This document shows, piece after piece, positions 61,201-64,000 of a stretch of 64,000 bases of DNA; the stretch's first letter is position 1; every line of letters starts with the position of its first letter. Source of the DNA: an uncultured virus (IMG/VR IMGVR_UViG_3300028048_000070) (lineage: Duplodnaviria > Heunggongvirae > Uroviricota > Caudoviricetes); the IMG/VR virus record IMGVR_UViG_3300028048_000070, positions 1 to 64,000 of that record; one strand, written 5' to 3'. The notes under the pieces are model-generated. The model saw only the letters and a list, made by a program, of their open reading frames with translations, did no database searches and had not been told where the DNA came from. The position numbers were made by a program, and so were the translations under genes.

Positions 61201-64000
61201 TTGGACTTTCCCGATTGCTGTTAAAAATATTTCCATAAAAGATAACTCTACTTCAGAAGATTATGTAGATCTCTGGACTATAGAATGTATCGACTTTAAA
61301 GGTACAAAATTTACTTTAAAAGTAGATATACCTAAGTTTATTAAAGGATCTAATCTTCTTAAGTTAAGAGGAAATGAAAAGAATGTTTTTATTCAATCTG
61401 TATTGATTCCTATTATTAAGACTAATTTAGATGAATGTCAGATTATTGGTGTTGGTGGTTATAATAAGATATTTGTAAGAAGATTTGGTGGAAGAAAAGG
61501 TCAGTCTATGCCAGCTGCAAATAAGCTTATTAGAACTTTAAATAAATTAATAAGAAATAATTCTACTCAAATTAATATAACTCTTGGTGATAATACTAAT
61601 GTATGTGCTAAGTATGAATTACCTATAGACTATATTGATGTAGCATCTGTTATTGATAGTATTGAGACCAATAAATATAAATTCTATTTTAATCAGGATA
61701 TTTTTAGAACAGAATATGTCATAGATAATTCTAAAGGAATTCCTATTGGAATAGAAAAGAAATATGATGCTAAAACTAAGAAAGCCACAGAATATATTAT
61801 TTATTATTCTGGATCTATAAAGAGTATTCATCCAAATGTTATTGGATATATGAATGAATTACTCTGCGGAGAGTGTGAAGAGTTTAGAAAAATTTATTCT
61901 AGTTTACCCTCTGCTGGTTCTAGGTATACATATTCTCAGGCTAGTATTTTAAATACTAAAATTCCTGTAATTATTCTTTGTGGATATTTAGAGGGATTAA
62001 TCTCTACTCTTAAGAAAGCTGGTGTAGCTTATCAGTTTGTACAAGAGTTAGATAGAGGATATAGATATTCTGATAGACATGATTATATCAAATTTAAAGA
62101 TGGATATTTACTTTATGAAGTAAATTATTCTTCTTCTTTACTTATGAATGGTTTTAAGGAATGCGATACAGAGTCTTATTCTATTAAAGAAGTAAATAGT
62201 AGAAGAATGTATTTAGAATTCCTTGAAAATTATGGTGGAGGATTAAAAGCAGATGGTATTGAAAACTCTTATGACTGTATGCTTGATCCTATAAGTAAAG
62301 AAATATTAGCTCTCTATAAACTTCCTACCGATTATGTGTCTGTAATACTTCATGCTAATAATCTTCTTTCAGATAATAAGTATGTAAGACATACAGATCA
62401 GGCTGGTAGAAGGTGGAGAAGAAAAGAATTAATTGCTGGATACTTTTATAAAGCTTTAACTAACTCTTATCTTGAATATGCTAACTCTTTAAGACGTAAT
62501 AGAAAATCTGTTAAGATTAGTATGAAACAATCTGCTATTATTGATCTTATTATTTCAGTAGATCCTGGTACTACTAATTACTCTACAAATAATGTAATCA
62601 ATGATGTAGAATGTACTAATACTGTTACTAATAAAGGATTAGTAGGAATGAACCAAGCTAGAGCATATTCCGTAAATACTCGTACTTATGATGAATCAAT
62701 GCTTAATGTTCTTGGTATGGATACTCCTTTCTCTGGGAATGTTGGTATTAATAGACAAGCCACCATAGATGCTAATATTGAAAGTGAGAGAGGATTAGTT
62801 AAAACTATAGATGGTGATGCTAGCAAATTATCTGTAGCAAAAACATTAACTATTACAGAGGGATTGACTCCTCTTGGATCTACTCATGATGATCCCCAAA
62901 GAACATTAATGACATATGCTCAGACATCTAAGCATTTGGTTAGATGCTTGAATAATGATCCTATGTTAGTTACTACAGGTGCAGATGAAGCATTGCCTTA
63001 TCTTACATCTAATATATTCTCTTATAAAGCTGCTCAAGATGGCACTGTAATTGAATTAGTTGAGCATGGTGAATTTAGAGATAACTATATGGTTGTCCAA
63101 TATAAAGATGGTACTACAGAATATATTAATCTTAAAGAAGAGATTAAGAAGAATTCTGATGGTGGATATTTTGTTCCTGTTAAATTATCTACTGATTTAA
63201 AATTAGGAGATAAATTTAAAGCAGGATCTATATTAGCTTACGATAAATTATCCTTCTCTAAATCTTTAGGAGAATCTGGTAATCTTGCTGGAGCTATTGG
63301 TACTTTAGCTAAAGTAGCAATAATTAACACAGATGAAGGATTTGAAGATTCTGCTGCAGTTACTGAAACTTTTGCTTCTAAGATGTCTACTGAAGTTATT
63401 ATGCCTATTGAAAAAGTTGTAGATAAAGGATCTAATATTATTGTCTATAAAACTTTAGGTGATAAAGTAATGGAAGGAGATACTTTATTTGCTTATCAAG
63501 CAGATTTTGATGATGAAGTTTATACTACATTACTTAAGAATCTATCTATGAATGGCGAAGGTATTTCTGAACTTGGTAGAAATCCTGTAAAGACAAAATA
63601 TACTGGAATAGTAACAGGAATAGAAGTATATAGAACTGTAGAATTAGAAGAATTATCTGAATCTCTTAGAAACTTTGTAGAAGGATATGAGCGTAATATA
63701 AAAAGAACTAAGAAAATTTATAATAAATATAATTTAGATACTTCTACATTACCAGTTATTGGTAAGATGGATAATATAGGAAAAGCTAAAAATGTATATG
63801 ATGGTGTAAAAATTATATACTATATTAAATATATTGATAAATTAGGTGTTGGTGATAAGATTACATATTATTCTAGTAATAAAGGAATTATTAAATATAT
63901 TATTTCTAAAGAAGATGAACCATATACCGATTTTAGACCTAATGAATCAGTTGATACTTTTATGAGTTTAAGCTCGATAAGTGGTAGAATGACATTTAGT
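58265..64000 (+). CDS. rpoB: RNA polymerase beta subunit with long N-terminal extension (probably virion RNAP); truncated by window edge, >1912 aa
   Basis: AGGAGG SD + ATG 58265; same frame gives DEGFEDSAAV, GVGDKITYYSSNKGII (63845-) and SISGRMT; absent from ORF track because no stop is reached. Confidence 0.88.
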   Translation, partial: MVSLDDLKELVLYKKPFFLPIDPKNKKQGSAIMLLTPNYKSSMFAMTAPYAVNRRYFESYYFERSITRYIKNESVYETDDPGEYLFEEALSSKDRKALPDSDFGLPSQRRYPMPDKAHVLSAIRFFNHVEEEYEAELAKNIIKKIKAFNMADEVHVGKNNRFLPYWEKSGLAKNLKESVVEEEIYETSDDDYLNEIVVTKGIDILNKKLSSASNIVFSGYRRDINAVSKYITKEYGISPFEVLDIDPPKKIVVIVISDPNAEEEITYDTLTLYTPNAFKKKGYDFDYKIYTQFIFQLYAIYRIKVVVGTRVLDVFAEPLAILLSGAADGKLDNPKYEDKFYSEKVFAYIIEEYGMAEVKKILIGNSLGLFYKYAKEYSAKYRKNARKALGESDFGIEQDCYDYIEEANKLASLSEEELAIPESIKKIQNMASNLKRRIRRQSVYKLNKIKRDLVRGNLGTEERGTGLSTIQQLQTGDITGESKPENIEEGTFEKFKAWSKGDYILEGNLMYLFEDNINYDMLLRRALYKDRLRNVKQAMAIYKNVKATMPFIKYTYPDIYRYNKKNLFYDLSYYNETFFKNFDEVNIDDKTNSLRKFKIYAELMNRLISSNELTAYTKKTIFIPILDWRHNSSTKMWMYKEDVNPISVIYYYMKFDQMSLKRLFANYNVVFLGAKNYFKVNFSSTDFSKPKNITKFMILIKRIITLGYNSPADPDPEGEFEDSPTGIAMDIVDKIERSQNVSIDNVSKLAGLNKSIELFDDKPNNISSSLDPDSNLKQAIKKEIVKDEKDTDLTKISITGKTEVKDRTKSTRGRKASVPVEVEKVTVTQTQATSDTKSSSEDKAVNTTSEDEKKDAILDKIANVANNAKSVDDALDKLNDEEFKALIVSLQTDSEENVRVDKARASKIIQIEDEFHKKEVAGKSVKEMLAHDPAETKLQSTSLKVASINTDWNNMTFMNFDKTYDPDADIIKMLDSMQHWTFPIAVKNISIKDNSTSEDYVDLWTIECIDFKGTKFTLKVDIPKFIKGSNLLKLRGNEKNVFIQSVLIPIIKTNLDECQIIGVGGYNKIFVRRFGGRKGQSMPAANKLIRTLNKLIRNNSTQINITLGDNTNVCAKYELPIDYIDVASVIDSIETNKYKFYFNQDIFRTEYVIDNSKGIPIGIEKKYDAKTKKATEYIIYYSGSIKSIHPNVIGYMNELLCGECEEFRKIYSSLPSAGSRYTYSQASILNTKIPVIILCGYLEGLISTLKKAGVAYQFVQELDRGYRYSDRHDYIKFKDGYLLYEVNYSSSLLMNGFKECDTESYSIKEVNSRRMYLEFLENYGGGLKADGIENSYDCMLDPISKEILALYKLPTDYVSVILHANNLLSDNKYVRHTDQAGRRWRRKELIAGYFYKALTNSYLEYANSLRRNRKSVKISMKQSAIIDLIISVDPGTTNYSTNNVINDVECTNTVTNKGLVGMNQARAYSVNTRTYDESMLNVLGMDTPFSGNVGINRQATIDANIESERGLVKTIDGDASKLSVAKTLTITEGLTPLGSTHDDPQRTLMTYAQTSKHLVRCLNNDPMLVTTGADEALPYLTSNIFSYKAAQDGTVIELVEHGEFRDNYMVVQYKDGTTEYINLKEEIKKNSDGGYFVPVKLSTDLKLGDKFKAGSILAYDKLSFSKSLGESGNLAGAIGTLAKVAIINTDEGFEDSAAVTETFASKMSTEVIMPIEKVVDKGSNIIVYKTLGDKVMEGDTLFAYQADFDDEVYTTLLKNLSMNGEGISELGRNPVKTKYTGIVTGIEVYRTVELEELSESLRNFVEGYERNIKRTKKIYNKYNLDTSTLPVIGKMDNIGKAKNVYDGVKIIYYIKYIDKLGVGDKITYYSSNKGIIKYIISKEDEPYTDFRPNESVDTFMSLSSISGRMTFS

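Noticed and set aside
58413..61831. Short ORFs 58413..58676, 60572..60757, 61619..61831
   Set aside because: Out-of-frame or antisense to the RNAP beta ORF.

Overview
Very AT-rich segment of a jumbo myophage genome of the AR9/PBS1 (phiKZ-related) type; strong GGAGG Shine-Dalgarno sites suggest a Firmicute host (inference). Core genes: a split multisubunit RNA polymerase beta' whose catalytic GGDYDGD motif is interrupted by a 341-nt group I intron, a >1900-aa beta subunit running off the right edge, an AR9 gp226-like sigma-like subunit, GroEL-like chaperonin, primase, probable major capsid protein, baseplate/tail proteins, RusA-like resolvase, HNH endonuclease and a 3919-aa tail protein with several peptidoglycan hydrolase domains. 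Most notable: (1) 1-4402 is a tandem array of at least 8 single-gene cassettes encoding proteins with a conserved triple-KWG N-terminus and hypervariable body, each bounded by a directly repeated 28-bp dif-like (11-6-11) site, next to an excisionase-like HTH gene - a candidate recombinase-shuffled receptor-binding-protein cassette system; (2) two ~210-nt intergenic RNAs with tRNA acceptor/D/T arms in which the anticodon arm is replaced by a large branched domain; (3) two phage promoter classes readable directly from the sequence. All family assignments are from motif recognition and recall, not database searches.
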